DNA from: Desulfomicrobium sp.
GTDB taxonomy: Bacteria > Desulfobacterota > Desulfovibrionia > Desulfovibrionales > Desulfomicrobiaceae
Length of the DNA stretch: 64,000 bases
NCBI GenBank assembly: GCA_040768745.1
Contig: JAXGMI010000001.1
Location: forward strand, 672,001-736,000
Reading direction: 5' to 3'
Positions 1-10,373 of this stretch are shown one piece after another. Position 1 is the first letter of the stretch. Each line of letters opens with the position of its first letter. The notes under the pieces are model-generated. The model had not been told where the DNA came from. It saw only the letters and a program-made list of their open reading frames with translations, and made no database searches. The position numbers were made by a program, and so were the translations under genes.

Positions 1-639
<639 letters not shown>

Positions 640-875
640 GTGGGAACAACCTTGGGATGTGGGTGTATGGATGCCAGCCGGGCGCGGTGGTTGCGTTCGC
701 TGGTGTGTGCGCAAGGACGGGGATGGCCGCAGCCGTCGTTCACCGCGAGCAGAGACGTATGTCAAAAGGAAGTTTTATTCAATGACCCTGCGTGGCGGCT
801 GATGTGACGAGCCCCAAACCGTGGCAGCAGAAGGGATGCAGGACAAGCAGAGCAGGAGGCAGTTCTGGGTCTGGG

Positions 876-1244
876 TCACGCGGGGAAGTATTCCCTTTCG
901 TCGCCACCATGGCTGAATACGATCTCGAAAATCGAGGATGCAAGGATCCAGAAGACAGCAGAGACTCCCCCGGACAGCCATCCAAAAAAATCAGCCAATG
1001 AAATTCCCAGGAATTGAGAGATGTTAGGAGTCAAGTTGGCAAGAAGGAGAATGCATAAATCGCCGGGATAAAAATACAGCCATTTGAACCACAGCATCAC
1101 GTCATTCAGTGTCAGCGCCCCACAGCAATCCATGTCTGCAACGAAAGACCATTGCCGGAATCCCAAGGAAAAACCTTCCATGCCGACAAGCTTGAGGGCG
1201 ATGACGGAGTGGAACAGGAGCAAGTAAAAAACAATGCTACGCAT
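876..1244 (-). CDS. Hypothetical membrane protein (122 aa)
   Basis: ATG at 1244 preceded by AGGGGAAAG; hydrophobic segments and a W/F-rich stretch (RQWSFVADM..LWFKWLYFYPGD). Part of ORF 876..1439. Confidence 0.45.
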   Translation of the reverse strand: MRSIVFYLLLFHSVIALKLVGMEGFSLGFRQWSFVADMDCCGALTLNDVMLWFKWLYFYPGDLCILLLANLTPNISQFLGISLADFFGWLSGGVSAVFWILASSIFEIVFSHGGDEREYFPA

Positions 1245-1869
1245 GGCCACGCTTTCCCCTAATTTTGCATGGCAAATACTGCAAAAAAACAAATCATGCA
1301 ATAAATCCAGATCACATTTTTTCATTTTTTTAAAGATATCAGTGCAAGGAATGTTCAGCTGGCGCACACCAAGAAATACCCAAAAATTATGTTGAAAAAA
1401 TTGAATGAGGGTCAAAGCAAAAAATGAAATGATCTTCAAAGAATGTTTTGATTACATTAAAACTGAAATTGTGTTCATCCGCAGAAAACTCGCAAATATG
1501 ACTTCCCGCTTTGTCGAATTGACATGCTCCGACAAATATATGGAATGACAATGAAAAAATATAATGCAGGTTTTAAACCATTATTCGACTTAAAAAAATT
1601 CTTTGTTGCTTGTTTTGCAGTGTCTGCAGGAACGTGGGGCGAGATGTTACGCTTGGCGTGTTGAACAGTACAGGACGCAGGACCAATCCTGAATATATGT
1701 GATTCTACATAATTACTGAAATTATGAAAAATATAAAGATTGTCGTTTGTGTCCCCTGTCTGCACGTCGTTCTTTCCGGATTGTGGATTGCCAAAGACTT
1801 GGGTCACCTCCACAACATTAATCATCCGGATACCATGCAGGCCATTGGCACGGGCTTCTGTGAACGGTC

Positions 1870-1895
1870 TTGACATGCGATTAACTTTTGTAAAT
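1870..1895 (+). promoter_or_regulatory. Sigma70 -35 (TTGACA) followed by near-palindromic candidate operator ATTAAC-TTTT-GTAAAT
   Basis: TTGACA at 1870-1875; imperfect inverted repeat at 1880-1895, 24 bp upstream of the S24 repressor ATG; matches a perfect copy at 2569-2584. Confidence 0.55.
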
Positions 1896-1919
1896 TATCG
1901 TCTGCATGGGGAGCATCGT

Positions 1920-2549
1920 ATGAATTTCGACGGATTCTTCCAGAGAGTGGCCAAGACCACTGACATCACAACCCAGAAAGAACTGGCCAATCTGCTGGGC
2001 ATCGAGCCCGCGGCCATCACCCTGGCCAAGCGCAGAGGCGTCCCCAAGTCCTGGATGCTGACCATATCCTCCATGTTTGGAGTCAACCCGAATTGGCTCA
2101 AGACAGGTACAGGATCGGTCTACCTGCACGATCAGGGCAAGGCCGTGTTCATTCCCAAGGTGTCGGCCAAGGCATGCGCCGGAGCCGGATCTCTTGAATT
2201 GGCGGACACAATTGTTGGCGAATTGCCGTTCGATCGGTCCTGGCTCGGCAAAAAGGGCAATTCAGGACACATGGTCGCCATGGAAGTCACGGGTGACAGC
2301 ATGTTTCCGGAACTGGAACCGGGTGACACCATCCTTGTGGACCAGAGCCAGAACCAGGTTGCCGACAACAGCCTCTACGTCGTGGCTGTAGCGGACACCA
2401 TCCAGGTCAAACGTGTACAGCTCCTCCCCGGTCTGGTCGTTCTGTTCAGCACAAACCAGCGCTATCCCCCCATCACCCTGCAGGGGGATGAGATCGAGAC
2501 TCTGCGGGTCATAGGACGGGTGCTGTGGAGCAGCCGCAGCTACGCATAG
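1920..2549 (+). CDS. CI/LexA-type repressor (HTH + S24 autopeptidase)
   Basis: ATG 1920 after GGGGAG; N-terminal HTH (TQKELANLLGIEPAAIT), Ala-Gly cleavage site (ACAGAG), catalytic Ser (GDSM) and Lys (VKR). Confidence 0.9.
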   Translation: MNFDGFFQRVAKTTDITTQKELANLLGIEPAAITLAKRRGVPKSWMLTISSMFGVNPNWLKTGTGSVYLHDQGKAVFIPKVSAKACAGAGSLELADTIVGELPFDRSWLGKKGNSGHMVAMEVTGDSMFPELEPGDTILVDQSQNQVADNSLYVVAVADTIQVKRVQLLPGLVVLFSTNQRYPPITLQGDEIETLRVIGRVLWSSRSYA

Positions 2550-2568
2550 AATTTTTTTGTCCCTCATG

Positions 2569-2584
2569 ATTAACAAAGGTTAAT
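2569..2584. promoter_or_regulatory. Perfect palindrome ATTAAC-AAAG-GTTAAT, candidate operator
   Basis: 6-bp inverted repeat with 4-bp spacer lying between a TTGTCC (2557-2562) and overlapping a TAATTT (2581-2586), upstream of ORF 2609. Confidence 0.55.
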
Positions 2585-2608
2585 TTTCAAATCACAGGGA
2601 GGTCTGTC

Positions 2609-2767
2609 ATGCAGCAGAGATTTTGTGAATGTGGGCATCCGGTCCTGGTGGCCTACGTGATCACACGCAAGGGCGTGTGGCACCTGTACAAGGTGGACAT
2701 GAAGATCGGAAGCCCGATGCGCTGTCCGTCATGCGGCAGGCATATCGATATCAACGAGCTGAGGTAG
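2609..2767 (+). CDS. Small Zn-ribbon-like protein (52 aa)
   Basis: Strong RBS AGGGAGG; MQQRFCECGHPVLVAYVITRKGVWHLYKVDMKIGSPMRCPSCGRHIDINELR*; CxC and CxxC pairs. Below the ORF-track size cutoff. Confidence 0.75.
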   Translation: MQQRFCECGHPVLVAYVITRKGVWHLYKVDMKIGSPMRCPSCGRHIDINELR

Positions 2768-2906
2768 GCGGATTTGCACCGATTGCACAGCTGCACGTTG
2801 CGCCTGCATGCCCGATTATCCTGGTCGGGGCCAGGTTGTGCTGCACGGATGACGTGCCGGGATCCGGAACGCTTTTGCATCAGATGGTTGAGAAGCGCAG
2901 GGAGCT

Positions 2907-3353
2907 ATGGAACATAACACGTGTCGGGTGGAAATGGCTGGCCAAGCCGTGGGTGAGGATGCAGGGCGCCTGTCTCTTCCCTGCTATCTGCATCGAGTCC
3001 CTGCCGGATTTCCCTCCCCGGCAGACGACTACATCGAATCCGCCTTGGATCTGAACAAATTCCTGGTCCGAAACCCCATGGCCACGTTCCTGGTCAGGGT
3101 CAGCGGAGACTCCATGGCCGGTGCGGGTATCCACGACGGGGACATCCTGGTGGTCGATCGGTCAGAGGAAGCGGCACACGGCAAGATTGTGGTACTGGTG
3201 CTGGATGGGGAACTGACGGTAAAGCGACTCCATCTCAAGAATGGGCATTGCATGCTGATACCCGAGAATCCGAGGTACCGGCCCATTCACGTCGGCTCCG
3301 AGCAGGACCTGCACGTCTGGGGGGTGGTCACTGGCCTGGTACGGCAGTTGTAG
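2907..3353 (+). CDS. umuD: UmuD-family S24 protein (Pol V accessory subunit)
   Basis: VPAGFPSPADDYIE..LDLN, ATFLVRVSGDSM, GELTVKRL, WGVVT motifs. Confidence 0.92.
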   Translation: MEHNTCRVEMAGQAVGEDAGRLSLPCYLHRVPAGFPSPADDYIESALDLNKFLVRNPMATFLVRVSGDSMAGAGIHDGDILVVDRSEEAAHGKIVVLVLDGELTVKRLHLKNGHCMLIPENPRYRPIHVGSEQDLHVWGVVTGLVRQL

Positions 3354-3592
3354 TGCCCGCATCTCGGGGAACAGGGTGCCCGCTCGGCTTTCAGAAACCC
3401 GCATGACGCTCTCTGCGCAAAATGACCGTTGATCCCAGTTCTGAAAATGAATCCGGCCACCATGCGCACAACGCGGCCCTGCAGAAGAGGGCCGCGTTGT
3501 ACCCTGGAAAACCTTGCGTGCCCGGGGCGGTCACCCTGCGGTGTACCAAACCTCACTTCCCGGACAGGTGCGTAGGCCGGATTCCAGGACTC

Positions 3593-4885
3593 CTACGAGG
3601 CGCATCCGGCCTGGCGCAAGGTATTGTGTGCCTGCAACGCGCAGAGCTTGCCGCACATCGTGCAGGTCTTACCTTCCCGGGCCCGGTTTTCCTCCCAACG
3701 TCTGCGGGGCAATTCTTGGTCCAGGGCTGTGGAGAACATACCTTCCCAATCGAGTTCCTTGCGGTACACGGACATGAGACGGTCCCGGTCCATGGCACCC
3801 GGGACGCCCTTGGCAATGTCGCCGGAATGGGCCGCGATGAGCGTGCTGACCACGCCCTGGTGCACATCGCCCAGGTTCGGCAGGCAAAGATGCTCCGCCG
3901 GGGTCACGTAACACAGGAAATCCGCGCCCGCAGCAGCTGCGGCCGCACCTCCGATAGCCGCAGTGATGTGGTCGTAGCCTGGGGCGATATCCGTCGTCAG
4001 GGGGCCCAACACATAAAAAGGGGCCCCGTCGCAAATACGTTTCTGCAGCATGACATTGCCGGCGATCTGATCCAACGGCATGTGTCCCGGGCCTTCGATC
4101 ATAACCTGAACACCCCGGTTCCTGGCCCGTTTGGCCAGCTCTCCGATGACTAGAAGTTCATGAATCTGAGCCGAATCCGTGGCGTCGCTGACAGCCCCCG
4201 GGCGCAGACCGTCTCCCAGGCTCAATGTGACGTCGTACTGGAACGCAATGTCGAGCAGGTGATCGAATTCTTCCAGCAGCGGGTTCTCCCGGTTGTTGCG
4301 TTCCATCCAGGCAGCCAGAAGCGCTCCGCCCCGGCTGACGATGCCTGCCACCCTGTCCTGCGCATGGGTCTGGGCCACGGCTCGGCGGGTCACACCACAG
4401 TGCACAGTGATATAGTCGATGCCTTCTGCGCATTGCGCTGCAATGGACTCAAGCAACATCGAGGCGGTCATGGATTCGATCTCACGCCCGGCATCAACCA
4501 GGTCGGCGGCAACGGCATACAACGGCACGGCTCCGACCATGACCGGCGAACGGTCCAGGATCGCCCGCCGTGTAATGCAAAGATCCCGGCCAGTGGAAAG
4601 GTCCATGACACTGTGGGCTCCGGCCTTGACCGCCACGTCCAGCTTGGCCAGTTCGATTTCCAGTGCGCCCTGTACGCCTGATGTGCCGATATTGGCATTG
4701 ACCTTGGTCTTCAAACCTTCCCCGATGCCCTCGGGGGAGAATTCGCGTCCCACGTTCTTGGGAATGACGACCCGTCCCCTGGCCACTCCCTGGCGTATGA
4801 TTTCCGGGTCCTGATTCTCCTTTTGTCCCACAACCCGCATTTCCGGGGTGATGGTGCCCTGAAGGGCCAAACTGAGCTGCGTCAT
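3593..4885 (-). CDS. thiC: Phosphomethylpyrimidine synthase
   Basis: [54 protein letters not shown] riboswitch upstream. Confidence 0.95.
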   Translation of the reverse strand: MTQLSLALQGTITPEMRVVGQKENQDPEIIRQGVARGRVVIPKNVGREFSPEGIGEGLKTKVNANIGTSGVQGALEIELAKLDVAVKAGAHSVMDLSTGRDLCITRRAILDRSPVMVGAVPLYAVAADLVDAGREIESMTASMLLESIAAQCAEGIDYITVHCGVTRRAVAQTHAQDRVAGIVSRGGALLAAWMERNNRENPLLEEFDHLLDIAFQYDVTLSLGDGLRPGAVSDATDSAQIHELLVIGELAKRARNRGVQVMIEGPGHMPLDQIAGNVMLQKRICDGAPFYVLGPLTTDIAPGYDHITAAIGGAAAAAAGADFLCYVTPAEHLCLPNLGDVHQGVVSTLIAAHSGDIAKGVPGAMDRDRLMSVYRKELDWEGMFSTALDQELPRRRWEENRAREGKTCTMCGKLCALQAHNTLRQAGCAS

Positions 4886-4907
4886 GGTATTCCTCCGTTA
4901 AAAAATG

Positions 4908-4938
4908 AAAAAGCCGCTTTCCAAAGAAGGAAAGCGGC
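4908..4938 (-). terminator. Intrinsic terminator, riboswitch expression platform
   Basis: Minus strand GCCGCTTTCC-TTCTTT-GGAAAGCGGC-TTTTT between aptamer and thiC RBS. Confidence 0.85.
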
Positions 4939-4956
4939 AACAGATGTCTCGCGTAG

Positions 4957-5032
4957 CGTTTTCCTCCGCTGGAATGATCCAGATCAGGTTCAAAGGGTAT
5001 GATCTCAGGCCCGCATGGGCCACCCCTAACGT
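4957..5032 (-). ncRNA. TPP riboswitch aptamer
   Basis: Minus strand TAGGGGTG...CTGAGA..ACCCTTTGAACCTGATCTGGATCATTCCAGCGGAGGAA, the TPP consensus, upstream of thiC. Confidence 0.95.
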
Positions 5033-5040
5033 CAGAAAGG

Positions 5041-5069
5041 CTTCTACGTAGTCAGCCCTTGTGTGTCAA
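5041..5069 (-). promoter_or_regulatory. Sigma70 promoter for thiC leader
   Basis: TTGACA-N17-TAGAAG on minus strand; the -35 overlaps the pdxT stop and +1 falls just before the aptamer. Confidence 0.6.
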
Positions 5070-5692
5070 CCCGAAGCGACCTCGTCGTGGCCGCGGTCCC
5101 GCGAAGTTTCTTTCGGTGCCGATCCGGCAACGCACATGTTCAGAAAGTAGCGGTGCATGCGGTTGTCGGTGGTCAGTTCCGGATGAAAGGCCGAGCCCAG
5201 GATGTGCCCTTGGCGCAGGGCCACAGGCTGCCCCTGGACCTGGGCCAGCACTTGGACACCTCCGCCGCACCGGGTCACCCGCGGGGCGCGGATGAAGACA
5301 CCCTGCAGCGGCATGCCCGGTTTTTCGAGACCGGAAACATAAAGGTCGGCCACAAAGCTTTCCTGCTGGTGCCCGTAGGCATTGCGTTCCACCGTGATGT
5401 CCAGGAGCCCCAGACAGGGATCTTCGTCCCTGATGCATGCCGCAAGGAGGATGAGCCCCGCGCAGACCCCCCAGACCGGACGCTCGGCTCCGAAAGCCCG
5501 CATGGCCGAATCAAGTCCGGTCAGTCCGGCCAGACGCCGCATGCTCGTGCTTTCCCCGCCCGGCAGAATAAGCCCGTCGAGACCTTCGAGATGGGCAGGA
5601 AGTCGGACAGGCACGGCCTCGGCATCCAGACCGGCCAGCATGGCCGCGTGCTCGGCAAAGGCACCCTGCAGGGCCAGAATGCCGACGCGCAT
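5066..5692 (-). CDS. pdxT: Pyridoxal 5'-phosphate synthase glutaminase subunit
   Basis: GILALQGAF, LILPGGEST, WGVCAGLILL, RNAYGHQ, FIRAP, FHPELT. Confidence 0.96.
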   Translation of the reverse strand: MRVGILALQGAFAEHAAMLAGLDAEAVPVRLPAHLEGLDGLILPGGESTSMRRLAGLTGLDSAMRAFGAERPVWGVCAGLILLAACIRDEDPCLGLLDITVERNAYGHQQESFVADLYVSGLEKPGMPLQGVFIRAPRVTRCGGGVQVLAQVQGQPVALRQGHILGSAFHPELTTDNRMHRYFLNMCVAGSAPKETSRDRGHDEVASG

Positions 5693-6588
5693 CACCAACC
5701 GCGCGCAGCCATTTGGTTCGCGCTGTCCAGGGTCCTGGCCGCGACGCCGGACATGGCCGGTCCCAGGTTTGTACTGATTTCAGCCAGAATGGCTGGATCG
5801 TTGAAGTGGGTCACGGCCTGCACGATGGCCTTGGCCCGTTTGGCAGGGTCTCCGCTTTTGAATATGCCGGAGCCCACGAACACCCCGTCCATGCCGAGGT
5901 GCATCATCAGCGCCGCGTCAGCCGGAGTGGCCACCCCGCCTGCCGCAAAATTGACGACAGGCAAGCGGCCCAGCTCGCGCACCTGCCGCAGGAGCTCCAC
6001 CGGGGCGCCGATCTCTTTTGCGTAGCTCACGAGTTCTTCAGAGGGCATGGCGCAGACATGGCGGATGCCGGATTGCACAGTCCGGGCGTGGCGCACGGCT
6101 TCGACAACGTCCCCGGTCCCCGCCTCACCCTTGGTCCGGATCATGGCCGCGCCCTCGGCAATGCGACGTAACGCTTCGCCCAGGTTCCGGCAGCCACAGA
6201 CAAAAGGCACCCTGAATGTGGCCTTGTCTATGTGGAATTCCTCGTCCGCCGGAGTCAATACCTCGCTCTCGTCGATATAGTCCACGCCCACTGCCTCCAG
6301 AATGCGGGCCTCAACGAAATGTCCGATCCGGCATTTGGCCATGACCGGAATGGATACGGCGGCCATGATCTCCCGGATCATGCCTGGATCGGACATGCGG
6401 GCCACGCCGCCGGCTGCGCGGATATCTGCAGGGACCCGCTCCAGGGCCATGACCGCACAGGCTCCGGCCTCCTGGGCGATGCGTGCCTGGTCGGCATTGA
6501 CCACATCCATGATCACCCCGCCTTTGAACATCTGCGCCAAGCCCTTGTTCAGCAGCGACGTCTCCGTCGCATTCGTTGTCTGGTTCAT
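5692..6588 (-). CDS. pdxS: Pyridoxal 5'-phosphate synthase lyase subunit
   Basis: [57 protein letters not shown]. Confidence 0.98.
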   Translation of the reverse strand: MNQTTNATETSLLNKGLAQMFKGGVIMDVVNADQARIAQEAGACAVMALERVPADIRAAGGVARMSDPGMIREIMAAVSIPVMAKCRIGHFVEARILEAVGVDYIDESEVLTPADEEFHIDKATFRVPFVCGCRNLGEALRRIAEGAAMIRTKGEAGTGDVVEAVRHARTVQSGIRHVCAMPSEELVSYAKEIGAPVELLRQVRELGRLPVVNFAAGGVATPADAALMMHLGMDGVFVGSGIFKSGDPAKRAKAIVQAVTHFNDPAILAEISTNLGPAMSGVAARTLDSANQMAARGW

Positions 6589-6683
6589 GGCATCCTCCTT
6601 TTTTGAAAGAGATCTGTAATTAGTCTAGACAAGGAATGGCAATGCTGGTTTTTTATGGAGCGAATATGGAGGGTTTCTCCATA

Positions 6684-7607
6684 TTAGCGTTGCGCAAGGG
6701 ACAGAAGATAGGCCCGCAGGTTGGAGTTCCGGCCATCGAGCTTCAGCTTGCGCCGGATGTGATACCGATGGGAATCAATCGTTGCTGCGCCGACCCCGAG
6801 ACGGGCCGCAATCTCCTTGGTGGTCAACCCCTGGCGGATCAGATCCGCAACCTGGATTTCGGCGGGCGTGAGGTTCTGGCTGGCGACGGAAAGGCGGCGG
6901 CAAAAAGGCTTGGTCAACTCGTCGAGACCCTGACGAACCTCGACAAAAACGTCCTGGGCCGCATCCGCGGTGCAGACCGCCTGCAGGCGGGCCAAGGCCG
7001 GCGCCAGGCGATGACGGACGTTGACCAGCACGCACTGCTCCAGTTCATCCCGATCCTCGTCGCGCTGGTGGAGCAACACTTTCAGGGCAGCATTCATCTC
7101 GGCCAGCCGACTGGTCTGGGATTCGAGTTCCGCTGTGCGCGCCTTCACCCGCGACTCCAGTTCCTCCCTGTACCGCTGCCGCGCATGCTCCTTTTCCTTG
7201 CGGTCCGAAATTTCGGCCAGGGTGCCCACATAGCCCAACAGCTTTCCGTTCGGGTCCAGAACTGGGCGGGTCTGTTCCTCCACCCAGCCAAACGAGCCCT
7301 CGCCACGCACGTAGCGGTACTCTGTCCGAAAAAGGAGGGCTCCCTCCGCCACGGCTCGGGCCCTCTCTGCCATGAGCCGTCCCAGATCGTCGGGGTGCAC
7401 GGTGCGTATCCATCCATCGTCCAGGGCCTCGTCCGGGGAAAGACCCGTCATCTGGCAAAACGTGCGGTTGACGAAAACGCATTTGTCCTCAGCGTCGTCA
7501 AAGAAGATACCCAGTGGCGATCCGTCGACCAGAACGTCCATGCGGGCCTTCAGCTGGACAAGTTCGGCTTCAAGTTCACGGAGACTGGTTTCCGAGATGC
7601 CGGCCAT
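6684..7607 (-). CDS. PAS-domain LuxR-family transcriptional regulator
   Basis: PAS (FVNRTFCQMTG..VHPDD), coiled coil, C-terminal LuxR HTH (LTPAEIQVADLIRQGLTTKEIA..HRYHIRRKL). Confidence 0.88.
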   Translation of the reverse strand: MAGISETSLRELEAELVQLKARMDVLVDGSPLGIFFDDAEDKCVFVNRTFCQMTGLSPDEALDDGWIRTVHPDDLGRLMAERARAVAEGALLFRTEYRYVRGEGSFGWVEEQTRPVLDPNGKLLGYVGTLAEISDRKEKEHARQRYREELESRVKARTAELESQTSRLAEMNAALKVLLHQRDEDRDELEQCVLVNVRHRLAPALARLQAVCTADAAQDVFVEVRQGLDELTKPFCRRLSVASQNLTPAEIQVADLIRQGLTTKEIAARLGVGAATIDSHRYHIRRKLKLDGRNSNLRAYLLSLAQR

Positions 7608-7612
7608 GAGGT

Positions 7613-8056
7613 TTATCGCCGGGGTCTGATGGTAATGACCGGCATGGTGGCGATCTTGACAACCTTTTCGGCCACGGATCCGAAAACCAGGCGGTTGAAC
7701 CCATGTCGGCCATGGGTGGCCATGACGATGAGGTCAACCCCTTCGGCCTGGGACAGATCCAGGATGGAATGTGCGGGATCACCGCTGATGACCTTGCCGG
7801 AGGCTTTGACTCCGGGAAAGTGTTTGACCATGAAATCGGACATCTTTTTTTCCGCGCTGTTGACAACGCTGTTCACCACTTTCGGCAGCAAGTCAGGGGG
7901 AAGGTTCATGATCTGATCCTTCGTGCCGATTGGGACCACATGGACGACAAGCACCTCGGACCCGAACCCGAGGGCAATCTCACGGGCCGCTTCTGCAATG
8001 GTCGTGCTGACGTCGGAGAAATCCACCGGGCAAAGCACTTTTGCGAACATGGACAT
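7613..8056 (-). CDS. Universal stress protein
   Basis: KVLCPVDFS, DLIVMATHGR..FGSVAEKVV. Confidence 0.93.
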   Translation of the reverse strand: MSMFAKVLCPVDFSDVSTTIAEAAREIALGFGSEVLVVHVVPIGTKDQIMNLPPDLLPKVVNSVVNSAEKKMSDFMVKHFPGVKASGKVISGDPAHSILDLSQAEGVDLIVMATHGRHGFNRLVFGSVAEKVVKIATMPVITIRPRR

Positions 8057-8146
8057 GGGGCGATCTCCTTGAACAACTCTGTGTTCCAGTAGAAATATGA
8101 AGGTTACGTTTCGTATGCTTGATTATCATCCAACCAATATCAGGGA

Positions 8147-9415
8147 TCAGACGAAGTCCACCCGTTCCTCTCCCTTGCCTATGGTCACCGTGGCCACGAC
8201 TTCAGGAGTTTCGCTCACGACCTTGCCCCGCCGGATGACCCACAGTCTTGCAGGGCGGAGCCGCAAGGCTTCGAGTTCGTCCGCGGCCTGCAGGATGACC
8301 ATGTCCGCATTGCAGCCGGGTGTCAGTCCATATCCATCCAAACCCAAGACCTTGGCTCCGTTTTCAGTAACTGCCTGAAACATCCTCTTCAGTCCACCCA
8401 CGCCCGTCATGTGCAGGGCATGGGCTCCCATATGGGCCACTTCGAGCATGTCGTGGCTGCCCATGGGATACCAGGGATCCATGACGTCGTCGTGGCCAAA
8501 CGCGACATTGATGCCCTGGCTCAGAAGTTCGGGCACCCGCATGAGGCCCCTTCGTTTGGGGTAGGTGTCGTGGCGCCCCTGCAGATTCATGTTCACCAGC
8601 GGGTTGCAGACGCAGTGCATCCCGCACTCGGCCATCAGGGGGAGCAGCTTGGAAACGTAATAATTGTCCATGGAGTGCATGCTGGTCAGGTGGGACCCCG
8701 TGACCCGGCCATGCAGTCCGAGGCGCTGGGCCTCGAAGGCCAGCATTTCAACATGGCGGGAATGAGGGTCATCCGATTCGTCACAGTGCATATCGACCAT
8801 GAGGCCACGACGCGCCGCGATTTCGCACAGGATGCGCACCGATTCCCGACCCTGCTCCATGGTCCGCTCTAAATGCGGGATGCCACCCACAACATCCACC
8901 CCTTTGTTCAACGCTCTTTCCAAAAGTTCAATGCCGCGGGGGGCCCGCAGCACCCCGTCCTGGGGAAAGGCCACGAGCTGGATGTCGACGTATGGCCGCA
9001 TCTCGTCGCGCACTTCCAACAGGATCTCCACGGCCATGAGGCTCGGGTCCGTGGTGTCCACATGGGTGCGGATGGCCAGGTTTCCCTTGGCCACGGACCA
9101 GCGCACAAGCTTCAATGCCCTGTCTTTCAGGGCCTGAGGCGTCAACAGGGGCTTCAGCTCCCCCCAGATGCGGATGCCTTCGAGCAAGGTGCCGCTGTCG
9201 TTCCGGCGGGGCATCCCGAGGGATAGGGCCGCGTCCATGTGCAAATGACTGTCCACGAAAGGAGGGCTGACCAGATATCCCCTGGCGTCGATGACGCGGT
9301 GAGCCAGGGCTTTGATGGCTGGCCCGACCTCTGTGATCCGGCCATCCTGGCAGGCGATGTCCGAGACTGCGTCACTCCCTGCAAGAACGGCGTTTTTGAC
9401 GAGCAGATCGAGCAT
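8147..9415 (-). CDS. codA: Cytosine deaminase-like amidohydrolase
   Basis: PFVDSHLHMD, SGTLLEGI, VAFPQDG, HCDESDD, SHLTSMHS, GHDDVMDPWY. Confidence 0.85.
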   Translation of the reverse strand: MLDLLVKNAVLAGSDAVSDIACQDGRITEVGPAIKALAHRVIDARGYLVSPPFVDSHLHMDAALSLGMPRRNDSGTLLEGIRIWGELKPLLTPQALKDRALKLVRWSVAKGNLAIRTHVDTTDPSLMAVEILLEVRDEMRPYVDIQLVAFPQDGVLRAPRGIELLERALNKGVDVVGGIPHLERTMEQGRESVRILCEIAARRGLMVDMHCDESDDPHSRHVEMLAFEAQRLGLHGRVTGSHLTSMHSMDNYYVSKLLPLMAECGMHCVCNPLVNMNLQGRHDTYPKRRGLMRVPELLSQGINVAFGHDDVMDPWYPMGSHDMLEVAHMGAHALHMTGVGGLKRMFQAVTENGAKVLGLDGYGLTPGCNADMVILQAADELEALRLRPARLWVIRRGKVVSETPEVVATVTIGKGEERVDFV

Positions 9416-9484
9416 GTGGCCTCCTTTCCTGGGCTCTCAAGAACCTGTATCGGTCTACGGTTTTTTGGACACGTTTTTGGTTAA

Positions 9485-10373
9485 TCAAGCCGCAACGTTC
9501 ACGGCCTCTTTCTGGATGGCCCGCACCGCTGCCGGAGTCTTGTAGCCGTGGCGTCCAATGATCCATTCCCGGTTGTACGTCTCCTTGAACTCCAAGAGGG
9601 CAAGTCGGAGTTCCTCGACCGTATCGAACCGCCGGACCCAGAGCAGGTTTTCCTTGAGCGTGCGCACGAACCTCTCGGCGATGCCGTTGCCTTGGGGTTC
9701 TCTGACGAAAGCAGGCGAACTCCGGATGCCCAGGAAGGAAACCTCCTCTTGAAACACACTGGAAACGTACTGGCTACCATTGTCATGTCGCAGGGTCAGG
9801 CCCTCTGCCACGGCGGGTCCAAAGGCTCCAAAGCTGTGGCGCACACCTTGGCGAATCGGCTCCAGGGCTTCAAAGCGCGTCCCGTACTTAGCGGCGTGGA
9901 TGCCGACACACTCCAGAGAGCAGTGGTCCACGGCCAGGAAGATCGAAGCGTTGCCTTCTGCATGGTCATCGTCGTGGTCATGTCCGTGCCCCACATCTCG
10001 TCCACCCGGGCAGTCTTGATCGTCCCGTCATGCGCCTTGGGGCCATGCGGCCTGCCGGGCTTGCGCACTGCGAGCAGGTTGTTCTCTCTCATGATCCGAA
10101 GCGTTCGCAGGGGGGACGTTCTGATGCCCTCAAAACGCAACCTGGCCCACACTTTCCGATAGCCTTCACCAGTAAAAGGGAGTTCTGGATGCATGCCACG
10201 ATGTGCCCGAACAACTCCCCATCACTGTGGAAGCCAATAGGGCCTCGGCGGCTTGGTGTGCCCTCATTCGCAACCTTGCGTGCATAATGCGTGGACCTGG
10301 GGAGATTCCAGACCCGGCAAACCAGCACCAGCCCATACGTCTGACCAGTGGAGGGCGAGGTGGACCGGCTCAT
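9485..10373 (-). pseudogene. IS3 OrfB transposase, frameshifted
   Basis: Same as 24421..25311 except a missing C near 9958 and a missing G near 10180. Confidence 0.85.

Noticed and set aside
1475..1876. 133-aa minus-strand ORF divergent from the S24 repressor (possible Cro partner)
   Set aside because: No HTH, no RBS, non-ATG start overlapping the -35, unprotein-like composition.
3593..4885. ThiC paralog BzaA/B/F
   Set aside because: A TPP riboswitch directly upstream indicates thiamine function.
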